From Ruditapes philippinarum (taxonomy: Eukaryota), in the NCBI RefSeq assembly GCF_026571515.1, contig NW_026856818.1, forward strand, positions 62,001-126,000: a stretch of 64,000 nucleotides of DNA, in the 5' to 3' direction. The first letter of the stretch is position 1. Each line of letters begins with the position of its first letter. The notes below the pieces were generated by a model. It was not told the origin of the DNA and did not search any database. It worked only from the letters and a program-made list of their open reading frames with translations. Below, one piece after another: positions 1 to 13,194 of this stretch. A program made the translations under genes and the position numbers.

Positions 1-527
1 TCCAAGGAAGAGCGATACGAGACAGAACGTTTAACCGTTATGGGAATACTTTACCCGACAACATCACAGCACACAGGACTACCCAAAAGGTACCCATTTG
101 GGAACCGGAAAGAGTTACGGGGCTTTTCTAAAGGGTCCAGGATCTTGACAACATGGTTTTCATTTAAATATTTAAAAAAATATATATGAATACTGAGGAG
201 GCTTCGTCTTATAAGTTACGCGCTATTTCAAAGTGAATCAGATGTCAAAATATCCATACTAAAAAGAAGCCAATAAAAACAGTATAACATTCTTATTATC
301 GTCAAGAATGCTCAATTTTCTCGTTGATTTATGAGTTCTTTCGCTTTATGATCTTATCTTAATACAATTTTTTACTTGATAATAACTACAATTATTACGG
401 TAATACCATTACGGTAATATCACCATTCTTTGAAAACCTGAGTTATTGTAAAAAAAAAAAAGGTTTTGCAAAGTTTGGCTATTTTTATTCCATTTCAATA
501 TTTTTTTTTAATTATTTACGCTCTTAC

Positions 528-2518
528 CGAAATGATGTTATCTCCAAGCAGTATCTTGTTAGAATTTGCAGCTGGTGTACCAGGTACAACTTTATGTACA
601 AATAGCAGTTGCTTATCACCACCTCCTTTTATTGTTAAACCAAAAACTCCAGAAGCTTTCTCTAGGATAACCGTTCTTAAATACATAATAAATAAATAAT
701 TTATTCATAAAACAGATTTTGTTAATCGGCAAATCTCTGTCTCCATTGACAAGATAACGGCAATGACAAACATGTGACAAATAGTTTATTTCTGAATTTC
801 TGAAAGACAATTTGAACATTTTGTTCGAAAATAAATCATACTGATATTTCCATTCACAATTACGATACAAGCTTAACATAAATATGACTTAGATACTTTA
901 ACTCAGTGAAACAAATAACCAGTATCTAATTTTTAATCAGCTGTGAAGTAGCCAATGACGGTATAATAGATCGCTGACCTCCGCTTAAGACTATACCATT
1001 TGTGGGCAATTAAATCTAATAATATTTTTAATTCATGTTCTCAACAGTATTTAAGAAGACAAAAAGAGACAAAGACACATACCTTGGGTTCCTGATACCC
1101 TAAAATAGATAAAGAAGAACTCAAAGTCAGTTCAAAATTTAAAAGAAGAGATCACATTCAGGCCAAAGTTCTATGCCAATATTTCACCATTACTTTAATT
1201 ATTTTATGAGTATCATTATTGTAATATTACCTTGACATTTAGTGTACAGTTACGAGCTATATTTATCAATCTGATTAAAACCAGCTCCCAAAACGTACAC
1301 ACTGTAGAAAAAAGTATATCTGAACTTAAGTTAGATTGCATTTTGTCAAGCTGTCATCATGTATCCATTTATGAAATAAATTTGACTTTCTAAAACCGCC
1401 AATAGGGGACTTAAATAATAATATAATCAATATTTTGTAAAATGCATGCTCACATATTTGTCCAGTTCATCATCTGAAAAACATAACGTATCTTTTTATA
1501 AAATGAAACAAAATAAAATTTATGACAATATGAAGACATACTTAGAAAATGCTAAATAGACGATTGTCAAATATTTCCGAATAACGAGCGCTTAATGTGA
1601 AATGGCATTTGCGTGTCATTTAAAAAATAAATAGGAATCATTTAGTGCAATTTAATCATTTTTCTTACCTGGACCTCTAAGATATAAGTCACGTCCCTTG
1701 CATTTTTCAACTTCTTGTTCAATGTTTTCATTTTTCAGAAACCTATATTTTGTCCCAATAGTCCTTTTGCCAATTTCTATTAAATCTTCTTCTATTTCCT
1801 TTAATCGCTTTCTTAACCATAAGGCCATGACAAAGTTACCGGTTGGCTCATTTTTCTCCATGCCGGCCTTAGTTTTCATTGATGATAACTCATCTGTTAT
1901 ATTAGATACTTCTACCTTTAGCTTCCCTAATGCACTCAAGGTATCAGTTTTTATAAAACTGGCCTGTTTGCATGCATCAAATATGAGTTTGTCTATTTTT
2001 TCCAGTATCTCTTGCTTAAATCGCTCAGCATCACAAGTGAATTTTACATGTGCAGCTTTCATTTTCGCAATATTTCTATGTATTTCTTTCTCGTATTCTT
2101 TAATTTCGTTGCTGCAATTTTCTATTTCTTTAACAACCTCTTCTATATACTCATGTTCGTTTTGTCCCCTTGTCACATCTGATATATATAAAACTTCACA
2201 TGTTTTATGCTCGTGTATTATGCATTCTCCGCAACCAACTATTTCGTGAGCTTCACAGTAGAAGTTTATTTTCTCTTCAACATGCTTTGGACATTTGTCT
2301 ATCAATCCTACTGGCTTTATTTTTAAAGCAGATGGTGAACCACAATATGCATAGAGAAACACGTGGTTTCTGCAATGTTTGCCCTTCCGGTGATGTTGAA
2401 AACATTTACTGCACATATTCTCTTCACATTCTTTACAACATCCGTCAGCAGTAATGTCGTCTCCATCTTCTGCACACGGTTCACAAACAATATGTCCTTT
2501 TCGTCCAGATACTTCCAT
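528..2518 (-). CDS. RING-less TRIM-like protein: B-box1, B-box2, coiled coil, then PDZ domain (3' end not found). Exons 2518-1669, 1473-1454, 1099-1083, 675-528
   Basis: Exon 1 encodes CEPC..CKECEENMCSKCFQHH..H and CPKH..FYCEAHEIVGCGECIIHEHKTC (two B-boxes), then a charged helical region. GT/AG junctions are phase-compatible (1,0,2) and give ...RGP-DDELDKY-GIRNPR-TVILEKASGVFGLTIKGGGDKQLLFVHKVVPGTPAANSNKILLGDNIIS, followed by donor GTAAGA. This is the N-terminal part of a PDZ domain. Confidence 0.85.
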
Positions 2519-2810
2519 TTTAGTAGTTAAATTCTCTATGCTATAACGAAACTATAAATACTGTATTTAAAGCTTAAACACATACAACGCTTTACAAGTA
2601 AATAATTGAAATATCGATCGATAAATAGTGTACAGGTTAAGGCCTAGGTATTTATATAGACTTTATACAAACTATATTTATCATACTGTAAAGAGTTTCA
2701 CCTATATTACCCTGGATTAAAACTACGGCGCCTCAACAGTGACAAAACTTTTTTGCACAATCACAACAAGAAAATATATGGCAAACAAATATCCTTTAAA
2801 TTGGACTAAA

Positions 2811-3211
2811 TAAGGTATTAATACAGGTTCTAACACGACCCGCATTTTCCCTATTGAACATAGAAGAACCGAATGCTATAAAATCACTGTTTGACGTTCT
2901 ATATTTAGACATGTGACGTAATCATTATACACGTGACGTAACCACGCGCTGACAATAAGTACGGAAACAAATCAGGCGCAATTTTGCTTAATATCAGGTA
3001 CGGCAGCATTAATTTGTTGATGTCGTGTTAGAATCGAAATAATATATCCAAATCGGTGATTTTATCGCTGGATAACATCACTGTTTGTCGTTCGGATGCG
3101 CATTATTATATCACTCGGGCTACGTCCTCGTGATATAATTCCTCGCATCCGAACTCCAAACAGTGATGTTATTGAGCGATTAAATCACAGTTTGGGATAT
3201 ATTATTTCTTA
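2811..3211. mobile_element. Palindromic (fold-back) non-autonomous repeat with ~170-bp hairpin at 3036-3208
   Basis: gaaataatatatcc...ataacatcactgtttg..gttcggatgcg..tatatcac pairs with gtgatataa..cgcatccgaac..caaacagtgatgttat..ggatatattatttc. A second inverted pair is ttctaacacgac / gtcgtgttagaa. Confidence 0.65.
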
Positions 3212-3829
3212 TTTTAATACACCTTTCTTTCGTGCATTCACATCGACGTATTTAAAACTCGAGCCCAAAGGCCGACTTATTTAATAAGTCAGATTTGTTT
3301 TTTATAATATAACTATCGCGTCCGTCATGGAATTAAGCTTTTTACATTGTGCCCTGAGTCACGCATATTAAAAACAGTGTAACAGCGGCGTATGGTCACA
3401 AGACTATATCTATTCCTGCATGTTTTCTTCTACGTTAATTAATACCTGAGAACCCTCAAATATTTTCATTTTAATAGGTAAGAGTACAATTTCCCGAGAG
3501 AAAGCGAGGATAGGAAACTAAGAATATCAAATGGAAAAACCTTTTTTCTGAAGTCTATTACAAGTAATTTTTACTAGCTATTTATAGGGGGTTATACTTG
3601 TGCTGACATGTAGTACATATTTCTAATAAATCAGGAGGTGAATAAGTATATCCTTTCACTCAAAGCAATACATTTGAATCCTACCAAGAAAGATACATTT
3701 CTCTATGTGTTAAAGCTTTCCAGTCAGCCTTACTTTTTCTAGAACAGATCAGAAATTTCATTAGTTTATGCGAATTTATTTAAATTTGATTGTGCTGAAA
3801 ACTAGCTTATATAACAATCTTTATGTCAC

Positions 3830-3975
3830 AGGGTCATTTGTCATTATATATACCGTTCCTGGAACCAACCAGTACTATGCAGGATATGTATAGTTTTACG
3901 TTAACAACGGCATGCCAGTGACGGGAAATGAACACACGTGACCAACAATCATTAGAGCGTTCACCACTCGACCAC
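3830..3975 (-). mobile_element. CORE-SINE-like fragment
   Basis: ccgttcctggaaccaaccagtact is the reverse complement of the core of the SINE at 58832-59030. Confidence 0.55.
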
Positions 3976-4821
3976 ACAGTCACGCATTTTACTAATATCA
4001 CCATGGCATTGAACTTCTTCATCCGGTTAAATAATGAAGCATCATGTAAAAATCTACAAGAAAATTACCAACATCAATTGAAATTATTTAACAGCAACTG
4101 ACAGAATATTTTTTCTAATATAAGGAAATATCGCGAAAATATTTATTCATTTTTTATTATTATGTACATGTAAATAAAAAATATTTTAAGATTTTGTATA
4201 ATATGTGTCTTATCGATATCAACGATAAATATCAGATCAAATTCAATCATTTATATAATTACAACTTTTTTTTAATTGTGCAAAATCATTTCAATTTTAC
4301 CAAGGTTTGATATTCTGATGGTTACCATAGTCGACAAAATTTTTCACACGACTTGAAATACGGACGCATTAATTATCATGTTAAGGATATATTTTACTAT
4401 CAAATTTACATATAATAAATATTTTTGTTTACTTTAAGATTTATCTTGTCAGTTGTACGGTTTAAAAAAAACATCGCAGATCTTACCACATCATTTAGAA
4501 TTTTAGACTTTTCTTGAAATCAATAATTTGTTGTAATTTTATATAAAAATGCATAAACGTCTACCATGATTGTAGTTAATATCTAAAATTGGGATATTCG
4601 TAAAGCGTTAAACTGAAGTAATGGCGCTATTTGGTTTTCGTAGTACAGTATGTATGGAATGTATTATTTAAATATTTATATAGACCATATTTCAAAATCC
4701 ATATCGATCGGATTACTTTATAATACAGTTGTTTACGCAAAGCAAGTTGTATGGGATTTAACTTTACTTGTAAAAATTGTTTTCTAAAAGAATATTATAT
4801 TAATTTAGTACATGTATTGAA

Positions 4822-7474
4822 ATGGCTGTAGCGGAAGGTAATGTTTCTATTTATGAAAAATCTGAAAACGGTAAAGATATTATGTGTAAACCGTGCATTT
4901 TTGATGGAAATGTAACAGCAGCTAAAGGCCGTTGTAATGAATGTCAAGAGAACATGTGTACTGAGTGTTTTCAGCATCATCGGAGGGGAAAGATGTGTAG
5001 GAACCATACGTTTCTAGATACAGCTTGTATTGATGGTTCGTCGGCTGTGGACGAAGAATTAGGAGGTTTGCAAGATATATGTCCGAAGCATGATCAACAA
5101 CCTTTGACGTTTTATTGCGCAACGCATCGAGTGATTGGCTGTAGAGACTGCATAATCTTCGAGCATAAAACATGTGAAGTATCATATATATCGGATAAGA
5201 CGATGAGTTTAGATAATGTAGACAAAAATGAATACTTAGACGAAGCCATAAAAGAGATTGAAAAATGCAGCAACGAAATAAAAGAATACGAAAAGGATAT
5301 TAAAACAAACATGGACAGTACACACGCTACACATAAAACATTTACCAGAGACGCCGAGAGCTTTAGGAAAACGATAAAGGAAAAGATGGATTACCTGATT
5401 TTTGATGCTTGTGAAGAGGCAAACGATACAAAAACCGAGACTTTAAGATGTTTAGAGAAGCTAGAAGTAAATGCATCAAATATGAGAGAAAATCTATCTG
5501 CAATGAAAATGACAATGGAGATAGAGAAAAATGATCCAATAAGGTTATTTGTCACGGCAATACGTTCGCGAAAAAAATTGAAAGATATAAAGGAAACTTT
5601 TGCTAAATTTGAAAAAAGTAATAGAGCTAGAACATTTACGTTCATAAGACAGGAAACCATAGGAAATGTGATTGAAGGATGTAAGGGACTTGATTTAATT
5701 CAAAGAATTCCAGGTAAAAAAAATCTTATAATTCTGAACTATATCAAGTAAGATGTCATAAATCGGTTCGAATTTGTAGCACTAAATTTTTCATTGACTT
5801 GAATCATGTCTTTCACGACCTGTTTTTCGAGTTGTTTTATTAAAGATTCTTTCCTTCCATTCCAGTTGCCGAACATGACAAGCGAAACGTAAGTCCTTGA
5901 ACACCTCTATGTTTAAGATGTTTGATTTTCTTTCCCCAATTTTTCTTTCAAGCATGTAAGTTATCAAAATGGCGTTAGCATAGTCGTTATATTAGATAAA
6001 GTTGGAAAGAGCTTTATATACATCACTATAATTATAAAGTTAGAAAATTTAAGTTGTATTGTAATTTTTTCTACAGTTTGCTTAAAACAATTTAGTTATT
6101 TTATTTTTTTTTCACAGGTAAACAGAAAACCTAGGTATGTATTGTTGACCTATTCCTTATTATTAAAAAAATATATTTTGTCAACATTTTGTAAGACACA
6201 ATTTATTAAAGCAAATGCCAGTCAACCATATCAACAACTTAAGCTACAGTCTCACTGACATCCCGGCAGAGCCCAGGAAGATGTCAGGGGTACGACCAGG
6301 GACAACCGGGGTATATCTGTTACTCTCCCGGCAACGTCCGGGAAGATCGGGGAACATCCGGCATTCGACCCCGGATGGGATAAAATATTTAATAGTACCG
6401 GGGTGGTCAGGGATGATCCGGGAAGTATAGCTTTGCCGGTTTCATCCTAAGCTATGCCGGGAACAACCAGTGTCTTCCCATTTCTCTTCTATCCAGTTTT
6501 GCATAAGAATTTTTCAGAAAATCATCATGAATCACTATTCTGGAATAAAAGATATTATATTAAATAAAAATTATGTATCAATGTTATCATTTTCGCGCAT
6601 TTTCTATCCACCAGGGTTCTACCGGGGCTCTACCTGGATCGTCCTGGGCTCTGCCTGGATCGACCGGGGCTCTGCCTGGGTCAACTTGGGCTCTTCCGGC
6701 GTCATCCGGGAACGACAGGGGAAGCACCGGCATGAACCGTAGCTTCACCTGGGCTCTGCCTTGATGATCCGGAGCGCATCCTGGATGGTTAGTTGGGAAT
6801 TACCGTAGTGCTGCCGGGTTTAGTGTGACTGGAACAATATTTTCTACCCCGGATCGTCCCGGATCATCCCGGTAACTTACGGGGATGGTCCTGGGCTCTG
6901 CCGGGAGTAAGGGAGACCGCAGCTTTATCGCTGTTCAAACAAGATATTAATATGCATTCATACAAATTCATTTATATTGAGAACTATTCTGTTTCCATCG
7001 TACTTTAAGCTCAGGCGATTATATGATCAATTAGTAAAAAATGTAACAAACTAATTGTAACATAGTGTCATGCATGCATACGTTTCTTTATACAGGATAT
7101 TGAATGAGTATATGTTTAATACTGAATTTATAGAACGGGTTAAATAAAATCATAGTATGCGAGTCTCCGGCGAGCATTATTTTATTTTGTTCAACGAGTT
7201 CAATAAATTTAGTATTGAATATACACGAATATAATATTCTATTTATCACATATATAAAATAAGAATGGTAAACTGTTAAAAAGAGTCATTTTTTATTGAC
7301 GCGCCTATAGTGTAACGCTCACATTAGCGCTATAACGCGCGTTTATATTATGAGTTATAAAAGATTTTGACAGGTTATATGGTGTCAAAAATCTGTATAA
7401 CTTACATTATAACATAATACATGTATGCTATATATTTCAGAACTGTGATGACTGATACGTGTGTAAGGCTTTGA
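4822..7474 (+). CDS. RING-less TRIM-like B-box/coiled-coil paralogue. Exons 4822-5713, 5866-5888, 6118-6134 and probable last exon 7441-7474
   Basis: Same two B-box motifs as the minus-strand gene. The exon-1 donor is at the homologous position (CCAG|GTAA). Micro-exons encode VAEHDKRN and VNRKPR. The candidate last exon reads RTVMTDTCVRL* with AATAAA at ~7518; this exon is the least certain. Confidence 0.82.
6242..6924. mobile_element. GC-rich MITE, PIF/Harbinger-like, in an intron of the plus-strand B-box gene
   Basis: Imperfect ~37-bp TIRs (agctacagtctc..tcccggcagagcccagga / tcctgggctctgccggga..gagaccgcagct), TTA on both flanks (6239-6241, 6925-6927), and internal ccggg/gggctctgcc subrepeats. 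Confidence 0.8.
7095..7240. repeat. Imperfect ~145-bp hairpin (fold-back element remnant)
   Basis: aatactgaatttat..aaataaaat..atgcgagtctccggcgagcat..attttgtt..ataaatttagtatt. Confidence 0.5.
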
Positions 7475-8309
7475 TAAAAGACAAAGAAAAGATTTATCTG
7501 CTTTGACATAAATATTTAATAAAGAACTTTATTCATTGATATCATGCGTTAAAATTACCTACGTTAAATTTTATTTGAAGCCTCCCTCCTATAAAGTTGA
7601 CATCAAAGCATTCACTTGTACACGGGAGAGTAGCGCCCCTCTTAAACATCATGGTCGTTACACGGATTGCAGTTGATGGTCTAACTAAAACATTAAACAT
7701 GAAAATGATTGTGTCAATGTCTTCAAGAAACAATTTCAAAATTTCCATTTTCCTTCAAAGAAGGTGGTAACTGTAAAATTTTCTAGCACAATGTTTTGAA
7801 TTGCTTTAATCAATAAAGATATTTTCTACTTTCTATGTTTAAAATTCTGTCAAAAGCATTCAAAATGTTTCAATATCACACAGACAAATTTATACCATAT
7901 TTCCAGAATTTCAATAAATATCGTATCAAGCATCATTTGTTTTTCTTGCAATTGTACATGTTTCATCTTAATAAGTATCTTACTTAAGATAAGACATGTC
8001 TTTCCCCCAAAAAACATCCGTTTTTACTTGAATTTTAGTTTCAATGTTCTTAAGCACCAGTCTTTGACTGCATAAGTACTAGTAATTATATGAAATCATT
8101 TTTGACATTCAATAAAATTTATATACTTGATGTAGGAAATTGTCTGCTTACATAACTACATGTAATATAACTAGGCTTAACAATACTTTAAATTCCGGCG
8201 AAAATAGAAGAGTGCGAGCTGCTGAACAACCGGCCTTCGACCTTCAATGTGTGCAGGGATATCCGACAGCATGTTAAAATATTACTTACAGCGGAAACTA
8301 TAATACATG

Positions 8310-8356
8310 TAATAATAATAATAATTATAATAATAATAATAATAATAATAATAAAT
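8310..8356. repeat. (AAT)n microsatellite
   Basis: Direct reading. Confidence 0.9.
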
Positions 8357-8665
8357 GATTGCATGTATTTGTATGTGTATGTTTTGTATTAGATTTGTGT
8401 TTGAGCAAATCCATAAGTTCATCCACCCTAGAAAATACGAAATTGTCGGCTATAACATGTGAGGTGTGCGGAACAAATTTAAAACAAAATTGATAGCTTA
8501 GTAAAACGCCTAATGATTATTTGATACATTGACTTTTAACAAATAGATCATGAGCAATAGAAAAATGCTTCATCATAATTTAATTGCATAGATCAATGAA
8601 AAATAAATGATTTGTTTTCGATTAAAGATGTTAATAGTATTATTTTGGAATGTTGACAGCAATTA

Positions 8666-9928
8666 TAGAGTGGTACAGATGTGACATTTGTGCTTTTTTA
8701 TTTATCTCGTGCGAACGAGATATTATGTCGCGGCCATAAGTTACTAAGTGGTGCTCATGAGAAACTATGTCATGGTCACGAGTTACTAAGTCGTGGGAAC
8801 TAGATACTATGTCGTGGCCTCAAGTTACTAAGTCGTGCGCACGAGATAATTAAGTCGTGCGCACATGATAATTAACCAATCAGCTTACACTATATATATG
8901 AATTGTCTTACCTTACTATAAATGTGCCATAGGACAATGCTGTCCCGTCTTCACCCGTCTGTCACTGTGCAATATATAAAAGTTATTGATACGACAATGA
9001 TTTTACATTTAGCGTCATTGTGACCTTGATTTGTGACCCAATGCCCTTAAAATTATTAGTTGTCACAGGTTAAATTAATCATGGCTTATTTCTTCTCAAG
9101 TTATTCATCAGACAAGGATTTTACATGAAGTGTCATGGTTACTTTGACCTTTAACCTAAAAACATCAATGAAGACCATCTACTGGCCATGGACAATATCC
9201 CTACCAAATAAAATAATCAAGGGCTTATTCCTTCTCAAAGTATCATATGACCGTTAGTACGTACAAGCTGATCATCCATATCAGAGGATGGTCCCTACAA
9301 AGGGCCAGAACTTAGTCAAAGTTAAAGTCTGATCTATGTGCCTTCGATAGTGATCTCCTAATATGATCCTAAAGATATGTATCAAACTTAAAGTGGATGC
9401 CTTCAGTGGTTTCAAAGATTAATGTTGCATGTAAAACTTAAACCAGGATTTTTGNNNNNNNNNNNNNNNNNNNNNNNNNNNNNNNNNNNNNNNNNNNNNN
9501 NNNNNNNNNNNNNNNNNNNNNNNNNNNNNNNNNNNNNNNNNNNNNNNNNNNNNNNNNNNNNNNNNNNNNNNNNNNNNNNNNNNNNNNNNNNNNNNNNTAA
9601 TCATCTCGTGCGTAATTATCTAGTTGGCACGACATACTTACTTGTGCCAACAACTCAATTTTCTCGTGCGCACGTCTTAGAAAAACTCGTTGCCACGACA
9701 TAGTATTTCGTGCGCAGCACTTATCACGACATAGTAACTCATGGCATCGACATAGTATCTCGTGCGCACTACTAAATTGTCTCGTTCCGACGACTTAGTA
9801 ACTCGTGACCATTACATAGTATCTCGTGGGCACGACTACAATGGACTAAGTAACTCGTGGCCACGACATAGTATCTCGTGCGCACGAGATAAATAAAAAC
9901 ACACACATGTCACCTTTGTGCCACAGTA
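8666..9928. mobile_element. TA-ended MITE with long TIRs and subterminal tcgtgcgcacgagat repeats, interrupted by another repeat (~8920-9454) and an N-gap
   Basis: Left end tagagtggtacagatgtgacat..tttttatttatctcgtgcg is inverse to right end cgcacgagataaataaaaa..atgtcacctttgtgccacagta. The ~21-bp subrepeats run in opposite orientation on the two sides. Confidence 0.7.
9455..9596. other. Assembly gap (N run)
   Basis: Run of n. Confidence 0.99.
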
Positions 9929-10899
9929 GATAATGGACGTTTAGTTTGTTAGTTTTCGCATGTCTTGTCATACTACACAACATTTAGGCGTGTCTGTGTT
10001 CGACAATTTTACGTGTATGATGAAGAACACAAACTATTGAATGACCATTGACATTGGAATGGATTTTAAAAACTATTTTAATGAGATTTTCATGCAATTC
10101 ACATTTACCTTTGAAGCCCATGATCAAATTGTTGGTAGAATATGGAGAAAAATTCGAAAAACAATGCAAAACAGGGCTTTTTTCCCTATTAAAATTTTAT
10201 CATTAAAATGCATAACATGACTAGTGTCCATAACTTGCCCCTCACCACTGTGGGTTAGAATCCCTCCAGGGACATAGGATTATTTCATGAAACTAGTTTA
10301 CGTAACGTCTGTGGTTGTACTCAAGAGGTGTTCTGAACAATCGCTATGTGACCTTACTGTGTTGCTGTATATTTTAATGTCTAAAAACTAATCACGAGTT
10401 TGCATTTCCTAATTACAAGTTTTATTAACTTATTAGGATAATTAAAAATCATATTTGTTATTTTTGTTAATAAGCTAACTAGAAGGTACAAAGTTTAAAT
10501 TAGGTTTCTATTTTGTATTTAGTCTTTCGAGGCTGCTAATTAATTAATTCTCAATTTTTATTTTTTTTTTTTTATTTCTCATAATTAGGCTTTTAAAACT
10601 TCTTATTACGAGATACAAATTGTTCAAAGGTTTATTTTTCCTAATTATGAGTTAAATGTCCTATTTAGTTGTAACTGGTAGTAACAAATTGTAACAAGTT
10701 TTTTATCTCTCCTATTTAGGAGAATCAAAGTCCTAATTAGGCTTTTATAGCTGTAAATTAAAAGTGAAAAGGTCTTTTTAGACTTTTAGACTCTTAAAAC
10801 TCCTAAACAGAAGTAACAAAGTCATTATTCGGTTTTTAAAACTCATTTTTACGATTTCAACGGTTTTTTACGATAATTCAGAATTTTCCCAGGCGGTTC

Positions 10900-12076
10900 A
10901 ATACCAAAACACATTTGAAAACGTTGTCATTGTATTAGAGATTTTCGACCATGCGACCACATACATGCATCGGGAACATGTTGTAAGGAAAGTGACCGTG
11001 CGACCACATACACGCATCACAAGATTCCACTTCTCTTATGAGAAAGGGATAAAGCGTTATCCGCCCTTTCACTAAAGGGCAGACTTTAAAAATATGCCAT
11101 TTTCACATCGTTTATAGATGAGGTGCACGTGGCTAATTTTCACAGACGTCTCTTGAATTGGTTTTTATACAACAATAGTAGTACAAACCAAGCGGGATAT
11201 CAGTTTACGTCCTTTTTAAGTCCGCTTTGAAATCGAAAAAAAGATAACATCTAATTTCTTGAAAAAAGTTTTTTTCTCCTATTCATTCTATGTAAGTAAA
11301 AGAAATATTATATGTTTGCAAAACATGAACGTTTCACAAACGTTTTATATACATTAAATATTTGAGATATATTTCACACTTTGTTTTGCAAATATTAACA
11401 TCGGGGCATTTTTAAATTCGACCTGTTCTGCTTGTAATAGTAAAGGTAATGTAATGTGCTGCCAGGGAAAAAAAGATTCAACATACGAGTAATCAGCTAA
11501 CAATTTCTGTTAAGTGCAAGACTTACTAATGCTATTGAATTTGTAAATTGCACATTACCAGCTTCCATGTTTTTGTGTATTTTTTTTAAAACTATCTATC
11601 AGTCTGGTAATATATCAATATAGAAATTTCTAAAGTAAGTCAGCCATAACCTCAGAGCCGGTTCAGTCTGCACGAATGTTCAAGTCTGGTTTACATGTAT
11701 CTCTATACTGGTAAAAGCATTTTTAAAACCAAATGTATACAAATGTGTTTTATCACCAAAGAGCTCAGTTTATAAAACCGAGTATATGACTTCAATTTCA
11801 GCCAATTATTCTGTACATCTCAGCAAATCCTTTCCTGTTTGATAACTAGCCTGTCCCCAGATCACTTACATAACTTTAATATTGACATGATACCAGTTGT
11901 GTTATAACATACATTTAGTTATTGCGACATTTAACGGTCATATTGTGACATTTAACGATATGGAAAAACGGTGCGACATTTAACGTCATCATTGCGACAT
12001 TTAACTTCACAATATTTTAAGACTTTTAGCGGCAAGTGCGACATTTAACGTCGTTGCAACATATAATGAAGCCACA
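10900..12076 (+). mobile_element. Interspersed repeat, copy 1 (homologous to ~31738-33303)
   Basis: Shared blocks cgaccatgcgaccacatacatgcatcg..agtgaccgtgcgacca..., ggggcattttt and terminal gcgacatttaacg repeats ending ..gccaca. Confidence 0.7.
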
Positions 12077-13194
12077 TATCTGAATCTACTTTTATTTAAT
12101 ATGTTGCTTTTTAGCAAGTAGTATAGTTACATGTACAGTGATTACACTTTTTTAGTAAAGCAGTCTTATTAATCAGCTACTTTTATGACAGTCAAATAAT
12201 TTCGAATTCAGTGCTATTTTTCTTCATGTGATAAGCATTTGACATACGCTTAAACCATAATTAATCGATACAAAACTTGTGTTGCCCTTTCTACATAAGG
12301 GAAATTTATTCTCCGATTCATAATGTGTCTTTAATGAATGTATAAATATTTACAATCTAAGAAGCACTAAGTACTACTTAACGCAAGCGTATACTCGTTA
12401 CGTATAAATATTCTTCATTCGTGTAGTTCAGTGGAATCAGTACCCATAGGTTCCGGCGATGCCTTTTTTTGTTACTTTGTGCCGAATCAGAACATCTCGG
12501 CTATTATTCATAATACCCTCGGACTAAATATTAATACAGATTTAAAGTAGTTCTGCCATATGGTTTTAAATGTAAATATAAACAGAGGGTGTAATCTTTT
12601 AAAATGTATGAATGTTTATATTTGACATCCAAAGGAAAAAAAAGTCTATTTCGGTAAAATTATGATTGCAAATATGTCTGACAATCATACTTAATTTCAA
12701 AATGTCCACTAATTTAGTTTGTTAACAAATACGAATAAATTTCGGCCGGAAGACATTTTGTAATTTCGGTTTATTCAACCATAATAAAAAGTATATATAA
12801 TAATGTACTGTATACTTATATAAACAAATTAACTAAATAAAGATGGACTTTTATTTGTTATATAGGAATAAACTTTCTCAACAAGTCCTAGCATTAAATG
12901 ACTATTAGTTTCTTAGCATAGGTTAGACCGAAATACCGTATCGGTTCTGTTGTGTCCGAAGTTTGACGGAAGGGGCCGAGAAGTTGCGATTGATTTCTGG
13001 CAAACAGTAACATAGTAGGAGGTATTTCTGCATACTTCGACTAATTATAAGATTTTAAACTTTTGTGGAAAGTTTATTCATGTATAAATTATAATGTACA
13101 ATAAAAAGATTTAGATTAGTTTAGATTTTCGTAAAACATAACAGGAGTAAATATGATAGCTGATTTAGTACACTTTGCGCAGCGGCAACACAAC

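Noticed and set aside
1-527. Search for the second half of the PDZ domain (VNG... exon)
   Set aside because: The candidate minus-strand acceptors I checked lead to immediate stops in phase 0; the exon is probably outside the window or lost.
1698-2454. Antisense ORFs over real exons (also 466-699, 5112-5660, 25212-25604, 39936-40368)
   Set aside because: Shadows of coding sequence on the opposite strand.
9419-9703. ORFs spanning N runs (also 44009-44334)
   Set aside because: Artefacts of assembly gaps.
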